Positions 29,401-41,469 of a stretch of DNA of 64,000 bases are shown piece by piece. The stretch spans positions 61,318,001 through 61,382,000 of the forward strand of contig NC_042998.1 of the NCBI RefSeq assembly GCF_006345805.1, read 5' to 3'. Source of the DNA: Octopus sinensis (lineage: Eukaryota). The translations under genes and the position numbers were made by a program. Every line of letters begins with the position of its first letter. Position 1 is the first letter of the stretch. The notes beneath the pieces are model-generated. The model ran no database searches, was not told the origin of the DNA, and saw only the letters and a program-made list of their open reading frames with translations.

Positions 29401-32400
29401 TTAACAATTTTCACCACTTAAAAATATTTCCAGTTCAGATTTGTTATTTAATCTCCTACATTAGAAAGCTGAGAATGATGTTCTTATAAGTACTTTTGAC
29501 TTTAATTATCAGTTTCCCAAGATGTTAATAACATCATTAATCATCACTGTTGGCTGGCAACTGACAGTCACTCAGTCTTGTCATTCTCCAACTCTCTTTC
29601 AAATCACCATTATTATCCTCGTTTTCTCACAACTTTCACTCCCTGCATCCTCATTATTCTTCTGTCATCACTTCTCAATGTGTCACCTTGAATGAAAGAA
29701 CATATCATAAGAGCAGTAAGAACTGTCTAATTTTATGGGACGCAAGAAAAACTGACCAATGCTAGTCCTCAAGGGAAAACTTATAGAAATCAATTTAGTA
29801 CTTTAGTTTTATACTCACCGACTGGCGCTTCATTTCCATCCCGCATGTGTGGGTCTGAAATTCATAATTTCAAGTGTTATAATTTATAGTAAAATTTACC
29901 TGCATACACATTCACACAAAAAAGCTATAATTATTAATCTAAACTTTTACCAATTAAAGACATTAACAGCAACACTGACCAAATGATTTCACAGTTAGAC
30001 TTTCTAAAGTTTGTTCAGATTTTGTGATTGAGCCTCATACTTTACCAAAGCCAAATTTGATGTTCCAGTAGATAACACTGTCTTTGATAATTGGATTCTT
30101 AAGATGTTAGTAAATCATTAACCATCTCACAAATAATTGTATCTTAGCTTCATCCATTCGGTCATGTCATTCTCCACCTCTCTTTCAAGTCATTGTTCTT
30201 ATCATCCTTTTCTTGTAACTTTCACTCCCTACATCCTCATTATTCTTCCGTTATCACTTAAACTTATCACTTTCTCAACATGTCTTCATGATTGTAAAAA
30301 CACATCAGAGAGCAATGAGAATTGTATCATATTATGAGATGCAAATAACATGACCAGTGCTAGCACTATGAGGAAATGGCCCCAGTACACATTTGAAAGT
30401 GATTGATAAATGAGAGGAGACAGCATAATTTTCTGTGGAACGTTCAATCTAATTGTGGATATTGGATTCTGATGCTGCCCATCAGCTTGTCGGCTCTGGT
30501 CAAACTGTCTAACCCAGGCCAGCATGGACAGTGGACGTAAAATGATGATGATGATGATGACAATCTTATTAGTGCCTGTGTTACAATAAAACATACCCAA
30601 GAGACTTTATAAAATGGTTGCTGTTAAGATGGTATCTTGTCATAGAAAATCCAGAGTATTTAAGAGAGATGTGTGGCTACCTCAAGCAGTCAAAGTGGAT
30701 GTTAAGTGAATAAGAACTGGCTTGGATATTGATGACCCATCTAATCGACGGGAGCATGGAAGCAGATGATGAATGATAATGACATTATCATTTATTTTTT
30801 TGTATTTATTATTTTGCATCTTGCAGCCTGTATATAATCTTTAGGACTTGAAACTTACACCTGTGTAGCAGGGTCTGACTTACAGAAACTGTCGTGTGAT
30901 GTTATTGTTAATATAAGATCAACATCAAAAAGAACATCTAATCTCATTCATGTTACTACTGTTTTACTACATTTGTCACTGATATTAATTAAGACCAACT
31001 ATTTACAAAAGGTCACAGTAATGCTTCATATAATATATCTAAATAGTATCATAAATATACAGAAATATTTAACATTTTATTTAGGACACAATAACATCTG
31101 AACCTTATTGGACTATAGGAGTCAATAATGTCAGTTTTTGAGAAGTGGTTGTGTGCACAAGAAAAACAGTAGAATTACTTACACAGATGGTAATAAAGTT
31201 TAAATCTGTTGGATGAGAGTAGATGATGCTGTTATAAAATCAGGTTAAATTTCAGACGTACAAATGTAAATCAATAAATGAATAATATCTGATTCATTAC
31301 ATGATTATGTTAACAGTTTGTATATGTAATACAAAAAAAATACTGTCTGACATTGCAATACTAGATATCTATATAAATGTATATATTCTGAGTAAAAAAT
31401 AAGTGACTTTATTACAGTGAATATGATTATGTCTCAGCACAGATCTATATGTAGAAGTTCCATCATCATCGTTATCATCATCATGATTGTTGTCGTCAAT
31501 TAAATCTGCTTCCATGCTGACATGTATTGGACGTCTGACTGAGAGCTGGCAAGCCAGAAGTTTGCACCAGTCTCCAAACTGATCTGACATGTGTGCATAT
31601 ATATGTAAACATACATATACATGCATACATATATATGCATATATATACAGACATATACATACACAAATATATCAACAGTGAAAGTATTAACTCACATTAC
31701 AATGCGATTCTATTGTTTCACTTTTGAAAGTAATACTGAAATAGTGTAAGAGATAAGAGATTGCTCTTAGAACACATTAGCAAAGAAGTTGAAAATTTGT
31801 TTGGCCCATGACACTGCATGGACCTGAAGTAAGGCATGTGTGAAATTGTATGAAATCAGCTGGGTAGTTCTCGAGTTTTAGTGATGGCACACATACATAC
31901 AGAACACATTTACATGCACACATACATGCATTCTCAGATATATATATATATATATAATATATCTTTATATAGACTATAAAAAATTCTAACCTGAGATATT
32001 CTGGGAAGATAATCCAGCGAGAAGATAATATAGAAATGATATAGCCTACGAATATTAGACTACCGTAAAAATCTGACAACCTCATAAGATGATCAATCAA
32101 GAAGAACTTCTAGAGAACGATTTAATAAACAAAGGAAATTATCTTTAACAATTTCACCACTTAAAAATTTCCAGTTCAGATTGTTATTTAATCTCCTACA
32201 TTAGAAAGCTGAGAATGATGTCTTATAAGTACTTTTGACTTTAATTATCAGTTCCAAGATGTTAATAACATCATTAATCATCAGTGGCTGGCACCCTGAC
32301 AGTCACTCAGTCTTGTCATTCTCCAACTCTCTTTAAAATCCCATTATATCCTCGTTTCTCACAACTTCACTCCCTGCATCCTCATTATTCTTCTGTCATC

Positions 32401-34812
32401 ACTTTCAATGTGTCACCTTGAATGAAAAACATATCATAAGAGCAGTAAGAACTGTCTACTTTATGGGACGCAAGAAAAAAAGAAAAATGCAATGTACCTC
32501 AAGGGAAACTTATAGAAATCAATTTAGTACTTTAGTTTATACCACCAATGGCGCTTCATTCCATTTACCGCTGTGGGGGGTCTGAAATTCCTTAATCAAG
32601 TGTTATAATTTATAGTAAAAATTTACCTGCATACACATTCACACAAAAGCTATAATTATTAATCTAAACTTTTACCAATTAAGGACATTAACGCAACAGC
32701 AACACTGACCAATGATTTCAGAGTTTCAGCAGATGTCGCTTTCTAAATTTTGTTCAGATTTGTGATTTGAGCCTCATACTTTACCAAGGCCAGTTTGATG
32801 TTTCCGTAGAAACAAACACTGTCTTTGATATTGGATTCTTAAGATGTTAGTAAATCATTAAACCATCTCACAATAATTGTATCTTAGCTTCATTTGAGAG
32901 GCAAATAACATGGACCAGGGCTAGCACTAGAGGAAAGGCACCAGTTACACACTTGAAGTGATTGATAAATGAGAGGAGACAGCATTAATGTTTTCTGTTG
33001 GAAAGTTACAAATAGAATATTGTGTTACAATGGTTCTGATGATGCCAATCAGATTGTACGGCTATGGTCAAAAACTGGATTAACCTAGGCAAGCATGGAA
33101 AATTGGTATTCTTCCGTTATCACTTAAACTTATCACTTTCTCAACATGTCTTCATGATTGTAAAAACACATCAGAGAGCAATGAGAATTGTATCATATTA
33201 TGAGATGCAAATAACATGACCAGTGCTAGCACTATGAGGAAATGGCCCCAGTAGTACACATTGAAAGTGATTGATAAATGAGAGGAGACAGCATAATTTT
33301 CTGTGGAACGTTCAATCTAATTGTGGATATTGGATTCTGATGCTGCCCATCAGCTTGTCGGCTCTGGTCAAACTGTCTAACCCAGGCCAGCATGGACAGT
33401 GGACGTAAAATGATGATGATGATGATGACAATCTTATTAGTGCCTGTGTTACAATAAAACATACCCAAGAGACTTTATAAAATGGTTGCTGTTAAGATGG
33501 TATCTTGTCATAGAAAATCCAGAGTATTTAAGAGAGATGTGTGGCTACCTCAAGCAGTCAAAGTGGATGTTAAGTCTGAATAAGACTGGCTTGGATATTG
33601 ATGACCCATCTAATCGACGGGGAGCATGGAAGCAGATGATGAATGATAATGACATTATCATTTATTTTTTTGTATTTATTATTTTGCATCTTGCAGCCTG
33701 TATATAATCTTTAGGACTTGAAACTTACACCTGTGTAGCAGGGTCTGACTTACAGAAACTGTCGTGTGATGTTATTGTTAATATAAGATCAACATCAAAG
33801 AATACTAATCCCATTCACTTTACAAACTTTACTACATTTGTCACTGATATTAATTAAACCAACTATTTACAAAAGGTCACAGTAATGCTTTATATAATAT
33901 ATCTAAATAGTATCATAAATATACAGAAATATTTAACATTTTTTTTTAGGACACAATAACATCTGAACTTATTGGACTATAGGAGTCAATAATGTCACAA
34001 GACAAACAGTAGAATTATTTACACAGCTTGTAATAAGGTTTTAAATCTGTTGGGTGAGGGTAGAAGATAATGCTCTGACAACATAAGGTTAACAACTGTT
34101 CATACATACAAATGTACATCATGTTATGACTAATATCTGATTCATTACCATGTTAACAGTTTGTATATGTGATACAAACTGAAAAACACCGTCTGACAAT
34201 TGCAAACTAGATATCTGGTATACAATTGATGATATCATTCGACCTAAAAAATAAGTGACTTTCATTACCAGTGAACTGATATTATTTCTCAGCACAGATC
34301 TATATTATAGTAGTTCCATCATCATCGTTATCATCAATCATTATCGTCAGTCGCCGTTTAATGTAACTGTCTATTTTTCCATGCTGGCATGGATTGGACG
34401 GTCTGACTGGGAGCTGGACAAGCCGGAGTTTGCACCAGTCCCCAAACTGATCTTAATATGTATGCATAGATATGTAACATAAATATACATGCATTCATAT
34501 ATATAAATATTTATACAGACATATACATACAAAATATATCTAGTGGAAAGTATGTAACTCACATTACACATATCAGATTTTATTGTTTCACATTTGACAA
34601 GTAAACTGAAATAGTGTAGAGATAAGAGATTGCTAACAGGATCACATTAGGCAAGAAGTTGAAAAATTTGTTGGGCCCATGACATTGCATGGACCTTAAG
34701 TAAAGCATGTGTGAATATGTATGAAAGCAGTGGGTAATTCTTTAGTTTTAGTGATACACACATACGACAGACAGTCAGACACACATTTACACGCACACAA
34801 ACATGCATTCTC

Positions 34813-34855
<43 letters not shown>

Positions 34856-35456
34856 GTATCTATATACACTATAATACACATTCTAACCTGAGACATTATG
34901 GGAAGATACTCCGGTGAGAGATGATATCTCATATCAAACATCAGACTACTGTCTGACATCTTCATAAGATTGAAAATCTGACATCTTCATAAGATTGAAA
35001 ATCAAGAAGAACTTCTGGAGAATGATTTTGTAAACAAACGAAATTATCTTTAACAATTTTTACCAGTAGAAAAAGGTTTCAGTTGAGATTTGTTATTGAA
35101 TCTCCTACATTAGAAAGCTGAGAATGAATTCTTATAAGTACTTTTGACTTGAATTATCACTCTCACAAGATGTTAATACGTCATCTCTTGAGGCTCACAA
35201 CTGACAGTCACTCAGTCTTGTCATTCTCCAACTCTCTTTCAAATCACCATTCTTATCCTGGTTTCTCACAACTTTCACTCCCTGCATCCTCATTATTCTT
35301 CAGTCAATATTCTCAAAGTGTCACCTTGAATGAAAGACAATATCATAAGAGCAGTAAGAACTGTGTAATTTTATGGGACGCAAGAAAAACTGACCAATGC
35401 TAGTCCCAAGGGAAAACTTATAGAAATTGATTTGGTACTTTCAGTGTTATTCTCAC

Positions 35457-35514
35457 CATGATAGATTGATGCATTTTCAACTGGTGGACCTGGCTGTTCA
35501 TTTTAGATATAAAA
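35457..35514 (-). CDS. Variant micro-exon at the 36-nt exon position (58 nt as assembled; ...NEQPGPPVENASIYH)
   Basis: It has the same flanks as the 36-nt exon (gaatttcag acceptor, gtgag donor) but a different interior. It would be an open 57-nt phase-1/1 exon (LYLNEQPGPPVENASIYH) if one A in an AAAA run is an error. NEQP aligns with NEAP. Confidence 0.4.
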
Positions 35515-38243
35515 CTGAAATTCATACTTTTAAGTGTTATAATTTATAGTAAAATTTACCTGCATACACATTCACACAAAAAGCTATAATTATTAATCTA
35601 AACTTTTACCATTTACGAACTTTCACAGCAACACTGACCAAATGATTTCACAGTGAGTCTTTCTAATGTTTGTTCAGATTTTGTGATTGAGCCTCATACT
35701 TTACCAAAGCCAACATTGATGTTCTAGTAGATAACACTGTCTTTGATTATTGGATTCTCAAGATGTTAGTAAATCATTAACCATCTCACAAATAATTGTA
35801 TCTTAGCTTCATCCATTCGGTCATGTCATTCTCCATCTCTCTTTCAAGTCATTGTTCTTATCCTCATTTTCTTGTAACTTTCACTCCCTACATCCTCATT
35901 ATTCTTCCATTATCACTTAAACTTATCACTTTCTCAACATGCCTTCATGATTGTAAAAACACATCAAAGAGCAATGAGAATTGTATAATATTATGAGATG
36001 CAAGACAACTTGACCAGTGCTAGCACTATGAGGAAATGGCCCCAGTACACACATGAATGTGATTGGTGAATGAGAGGAGACAGCATATTTTTCTGTGGAA
36101 CGTTCAATCTAATTGTGGATATTGGAGTCTGGTGCTGCCCCACAGCTTGCCAGCTCTGGTCAAACTGTCCAACCCAGGCCAGCATGAGCAATGGACGTAA
36201 AATGCTGATGATGATGATGACAATCTTATTAGTGCCTGTGTTACAATAAAACATACACAAGAGACTTTATAAAATGGTTGCTGTTAATATGGTATCTTGT
36301 CATAGAAAATCCAGAGTATTTAAGAGAGATTTGTGGCTACCTCAAGCAGTCAAAGTAGATGTTAACTCTGAATAAGAACTGGCTTGAACATTGATGACCC
36401 ATCTAATCGACGGGAGCATGGAAGCAGATGATGAATGATAATGACGTTATCATTTAAGTTTTTGTATTTATTATTTTGCATCTTGCAGCCTGTATCTAAT
36501 CTTTAGGACTTGGAACTTACACCTGTGTAGCAGGGTCTGACTGACAGAAACTGTCGTGTGATGTTATTGGTAATATAATATCAACATCAAAAAGAACATC
36601 TAATCCCATTCATGTTACTACTGTTTTACTACATTTGTCACTGATATTAATTAAGACCAACTATTTACAAAAGGTCACAGTAATGCTTTATATAATATAT
36701 CTAAATAGTATCATAAATATACAGAAATATTTAACATTTTATTTTTGGACACAATAACGTCTGAACCTTGTTGGACTATAGGCGTCAATAATGTCAGTTT
36801 GTAGAGAAGTGGTTGTGTGCACAAGAAAAACAGTAGAATTACTTACACAGATGGTAATAAGGTTTAAATCTGTTGGATGAGAGTAGATGATGCTTTTATA
36901 AAATCAGGTTAAATTTCAGACATACAAATGTAAATCAATAAATGAATAATATCTGATTCATTACATGAATATCTGATTCATTACATGATTCTTGTTAACA
37001 GTTTGTATATGTAATACAAAAAAAATACTGTCTGACATTGCAATACTAGATATCTATATAAATTGTATATATTCTGAGTAAAAAATAAGTGACTTTCATT
37101 ACAGTGAACATGATTATATCTCAGCACAGATCTATATTGTAGAAGTTCCATCATCATCGTTATCATCATCATGATTGTTGTCGTCAATTAATATCTGCTT
37201 TCCATGCTGACATGTATTGGACGGTCTGACTGAGAGCTGGCAAGCCAGAAGGTTGCACCAGTCTCCAAACTGATCTGACATGTGTGCATATATATGTAAA
37301 CATACATATACATGCATACATATATATGCATATATATACAGACATATACATACACAAATATATCACAGTGAAAGTATTAACTCACATTACAATGGCGATT
37401 CTATTGTTTCACTTTTGACAAGTAATACTGAAATAGTGTAAGAGATAAGAGATTGCTCCAAGAACACATTAAGCAAGAAGTTGAAAATTTGTTTGGCCCA
37501 TGACACTGCATGGACCTGAAGTAAGGCATGTGTGAAATTTGTATGAAATCAGCTGGGTAGTTCTCGAGTTTTAGTGATGCACACATACATACAGACACAC
37601 ATTTACATGCACACATACATGCATTCTCAGTAATATATATATATATATATATATCTTTATATAGACTAGAAAACATATTCTAACCTGAGATATTCTGGGA
37701 AGATAATCCAGCAAGAAATAATATAGCATATCACATATTAGACTACCGTAAAAATCTGACAACTTCATAAGATGATCAATCAAGAAGAACTTCTAGAGAA
37801 CGATTTTGTACACAAAAGAAGTTATCTTTAACAATTTTTACCACTTAAAAACATTTCCAGTTGAGATCTGTTATTGAATCTCCTACATTAGAAAGCTGAG
37901 AATGATGTTCTTATAAGTACTTTTGACTTTAATTATCAGTTTCCCAAGATGTTAATACATCATTAATCATCACTGTTGGCTGGCAACTGACAGTCACTCA
38001 GTCTTTTCATTCTCCAACTCTCTTTCAAATCACCATTATTATCCTCGTTTTCTCACAACTTTCACTCCCTGTATCCTCATTATTCTTCTGTCATCACTCT
38101 CAATGTGTCACCTTGAATGAAAGAACATATCATAAGAGCAGTAAGAACTGTCTAATTTTATGGGATGCAAGAAAAACTGACCAATGCTAGTCCCCAATGG
38201 AAAACTTATAGAAATCGATCTGGTACATCAGTTTTAAACTCAC

Positions 38244-38309
38244 CATTTCTAACATAATGATAAAGTTGATCAACATTCTGAAGTCTTAATGAGGGATGGC
38301 GTTGATGAT
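38244..38309 (-). CDS. Candidate 66-nt phase-1/phase-1 exon (DHQRHPSLRLQNVDQLYHYVRN), possible first tail exon of the GPCR
   Basis: caacttactag|ATCATC...GAAATG|gtgagt, open in phase 1. The donor-side intron is homologous to that of the 36-nt exons. Confidence 0.5.
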
Positions 38310-39140
38310 CTAGTAAGTTGGTCAATAATCCCAGTTTGCATGAAAGTGGTTTTGTGCCGAAGAAAAACAGTAGAATTACTTACACAAATGTTAATAATGT
38401 TTAAATCTGTTGGGTGAGGTTAGAAGATGATGCTATGACAAAATAAGTTTAAATTTCAGACATACCAACGTAAATCAATTAATGAATAATATCTTATTCA
38501 TTCTCATGTTAACACCTTGTATATGCAATACAAAAATCACTCTCTGACATTGCAATACTAGATATCTATAGAAATTGTATATAATCTGACTACAAAATAA
38601 GTGACTTTCATTACAATGAATATGATTATGTCTCAGCAGAGATCTATATTGTAGAAGTTCTATCATTATCATCATCATCATTTTTATCATCATCATCGTC
38701 GTTTAATATCTGCTTCCCATGCTGAGTCCTGACGGAGCGCTTGCAAGCCAGAAGTCTGCACCAGGCTGCAATCTGATCTGATATGTATGCATATATATGT
38801 AAACATACATTACATGCATACATATATATAAATATATATACAGAAATATACATACACAAATATATCACAGTGAAAGTATTAACTCACATTACAATAGCGA
38901 TTTTATTGTTTCACATTTGACAAGTAATAATGAAATAGTGTAAGAGATAAGAGATTGCTACAGGATCACATTAGGCAAGAAGTTGAAAATTTGTTTGGCC
39001 CATGACACTGCATGGACCCTAAGTAAGGCATGTTTAAAATTTGAATGAAATCAGCTGGGTAGTTCTCGAGTTTTAGTGATGCACACATACATACAGAGAG
39101 ACAGACACACATTTACACACACACATACATGCATTCTCAG

Positions 39141-39141
<1 letters not shown>

Positions 39142-39216
<75 letters not shown>
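39142..39216. repeat. (TA)n microsatellite
   Basis: Pure TA run, longer than the homologous runs in the other units. Confidence 0.95.
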
Positions 39217-39218
<2 letters not shown>

Positions 39219-39975
39219 TTATATAGACTATAATACATTTTCTAACCTGAGATATTCTGGGAAGATACTCCGGTGAGAGATGATATCTCATATCACACAT
39301 CAAACTACTGTAAATATCTGACATCTTCATAAGATGATAAATCAAGAAGAACTTCTGGAGAATGATTTTTTTAAACAAAGGAAATTATCTTTAACAATTT
39401 TTACCACTTAAAATCATTTCCAGTTGAGATTTGTTATTGAATCTCCTACATCAGGAAGCTGAGAATGATGTCCTTATAAGTACTTTTGACTTTAATTATC
39501 AGTTTCCCAAGATGTTAATACATCATTAATCATCTCTGTTGGCTCCCAACTGATAGTCATTCAGAACACTGACTTGGACATTGATGACCCATCTAATCAA
39601 TGGGAGCATGGAAGCAGATGATGAATAATAATGACACTATCGTTTATTATTATGTATTTATTATTTTGCATCTTGCAGCCTGTATCTAATCTTGAAGACA
39701 GAAAGAGAATGCTAACCTTAGGAGCAAACCAAAGTTTGATACTTTGATATGAAGATATGTTTAATGTATTTTATTGATTTACAATAAGTGAAAAAAACAG
39801 GGTGGTCACACTTGGGACACTTTTTATCATAAGTCTGTCAGATTACAAAAGATATCAAGCTACAGAACAACAACAATAATAAGCTATCAGTAAACCGAGT
39901 AAAAATTTAAAATAAAGAAAAATATTGTCATTAACTCACCTGTAAAACTAAGCAGAAATATTGTCATTAACTCAC

Positions 39976-40049
39976 CTGTTTAACCAACATAATAAGATAT
40001 TTCCCTCTTTAGGTCCAATATTCTAATTTATCCATATTACCAACTGTAT
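39976..40049 (-). other. Candidate 74-nt exon; phase 1 reads DTVGNMDKLEYWT-stop
   Basis: ctgttggtag acceptor and CAG|gtgagt donor. The donor region is locally duplicated at ~39920-39942. Confidence 0.3.
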
Positions 40050-40317
40050 CTACCAACAGTAGATACTTTATGAGATTTCAGTAATATTGGCTTCGAATTT
40101 TGGCACAAAACCAACAATTTCAGGCCAGTGGGTAAGTCGTTTTCATTGACCCCACATACATAAATGCAAACAGAGATACACATTTGTACCTGCACACAGA
40201 CGCACACACACACGTACACACACAAACACACCCGCACACATGCACACACACACACACCACCCATCCACACTCACACACACGCATACACCCACACCCACAC
40301 CCACACATACATACACA

Positions 40318-40570
40318 CATGTTTATACCTGTAATTATTGGGGCACTGGAATATGTAACACACTGCATAAATACCAATCTTGAGAAATTGGGCTTCTCAA
40401 AACCAGAAAGGAGAAAACTGATTCAAATCTTTAGATCCACTGGAACTGTTAAAATCTATAAAACTTTCCAGAGGTTTATTGTCTAAATTTATATGAGCAT
40501 GTCTAAATATGTGACTAATATGTATGAAAATGCATACATAAAACAAAACACACAAATCTGCATGTATACT
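40318..40570 (+). mobile_element. 3' fragment of an RLE-type non-LTR retrotransposon
   Basis: FIPVIIGALEYVTHC...GTVKIYKTF is homologous to the C-terminus of the 50093 ORF and to the 60150-60395 fragment. It is followed by a (TACA)n tail. Confidence 0.75.
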
Positions 40571-40619
40571 TACATACATACATACATACACTCATACACA
40601 CACACACTCAAACAAACAA

Positions 40620-40657
<38 letters not shown>

Positions 40658-40959
40658 GTACGTTGGTGCAAACAGGAAAGATAGAACTCAAAGTATGAGT
40701 ATATGTATATTTTACACCCCCACACACACACCCATGCACAAACACACATGCACGCACACATTCACGCACACACAGATGCACACGAACACACACACATGCA
40801 CACACAGTAGAGTTGGTATGTATGATGATGTCTATCCTAAGGTGGTGTCGATAGTGGTTGTGTCAGTAGATGTGATGTTTGTGGCTATCCTCATCTTAAC
40901 ACTATTGGCGCTGATTCTGATGATGGTAAGAATAAAAAAAACTCCTTAATTGCACTTAC

Positions 40960-41291
40960 CTTCCTCTCGATTGCATATGAGATTTCTGATATATTTGTAG
41001 TCTATACAGTAAAATATGAAGATAAGGAGACTTTGTAAAATGTTGAATATACCGAAAAGCTTGTCAAACAATTCGACTGAATCATAAAAAGCTAAGAATG
41101 CTAATAACCATAACAATCTGAACAGGAACAATAGGTAAAACAGACAAATGAAGCTACAGAAATTTGTTCTATAATCTTCCTTTCCGTGTTTATGTTTCTG
41201 TGTATGAAAACTGAAGATAATTTGGAAGATGCACACGATCAGCACAGGAGTCAGGAAAGTAATGTAAAATGATGTCTTGGATAACCAACAG
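40960..41291 (-). CDS. Adhesion/secretin-class GPCR exon: ECL2 CWL, TM5-TM7 and start of the C-tail
   Basis: tttgtag|C TGT TGG TTA: CWLSKTSFYITFLTPVLIV...LLWLLAFL...LFGIFNILQSLLIFIFYC matches the family-B CWL and N-x-L-Q-G-x-x-IF motifs. The phase-2 start fits the previous exon. It ends GAA G|gtaagt (phase 1); read-through stops at 40946. Confidence 0.88.
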
Positions 41292-41469
41292 CTACAAAGA
41301 AATAGAAAATCAATTAAGAAAGGAAACTAATCAAATATTCACTTAATAAACTGATAAATCAATGAGGCATTATGGGAAAGTGATTTTGATCCAAAATGAA
41401 AGAAGACATTTCATTACTGGTTGTACATTGTCATCTAAGACATCCATCAATCATTTCACCCTGAAACCC

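Larger units (their letters stand above)
1..38243. repeat. Tandem array of about 14 copies of a ~2,742-bp unit; begins at or beyond the left window edge
   Basis: The motif tgtatcttagcttcat recurs at 1, 2726, 5468, 8209, 10951, 13692, 16434, 19176, ~21915, 24653, 27398, 30138, ~32877 and 35797. Identical short ORFs recur with the same period. Central copies are near-identical and edge copies are more diverged. Confidence 0.98.
38244..39690. repeat. Shorter, diverged partial copy of the array unit (older duplication)
   Basis: 38320-39560 aligns by eye with unit positions ~970-2160, and 39570-39690 with unit positions ~570-690, with many substitutions. Confidence 0.9.

Noticed and set aside
31050-35400. 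Apparently hypermutated repeat units, including a noisy ~230-bp extra segment at ~32895-33105
   Set aside because: Dense 1-2 nt indels are typical of low-coverage long-read consensus error. Part of 34000-35400 may be truly diverged, but the two cannot be separated without reads.
1-38243. Array as rDNA, 5S, histone, snRNA or CRISPR repeat
   Set aside because: No rRNA, histone or snRNA motifs were recognised, there is no short repeat-spacer structure, and the context is eukaryotic.
195-38868. Recurring 60-126 aa ORFs as a tandem small-protein gene family
   Set aside because: They overlap microsatellites and Helitron-like sequence, many start at non-ATG codons, they have no recognisable domain, and they break freely between copies.
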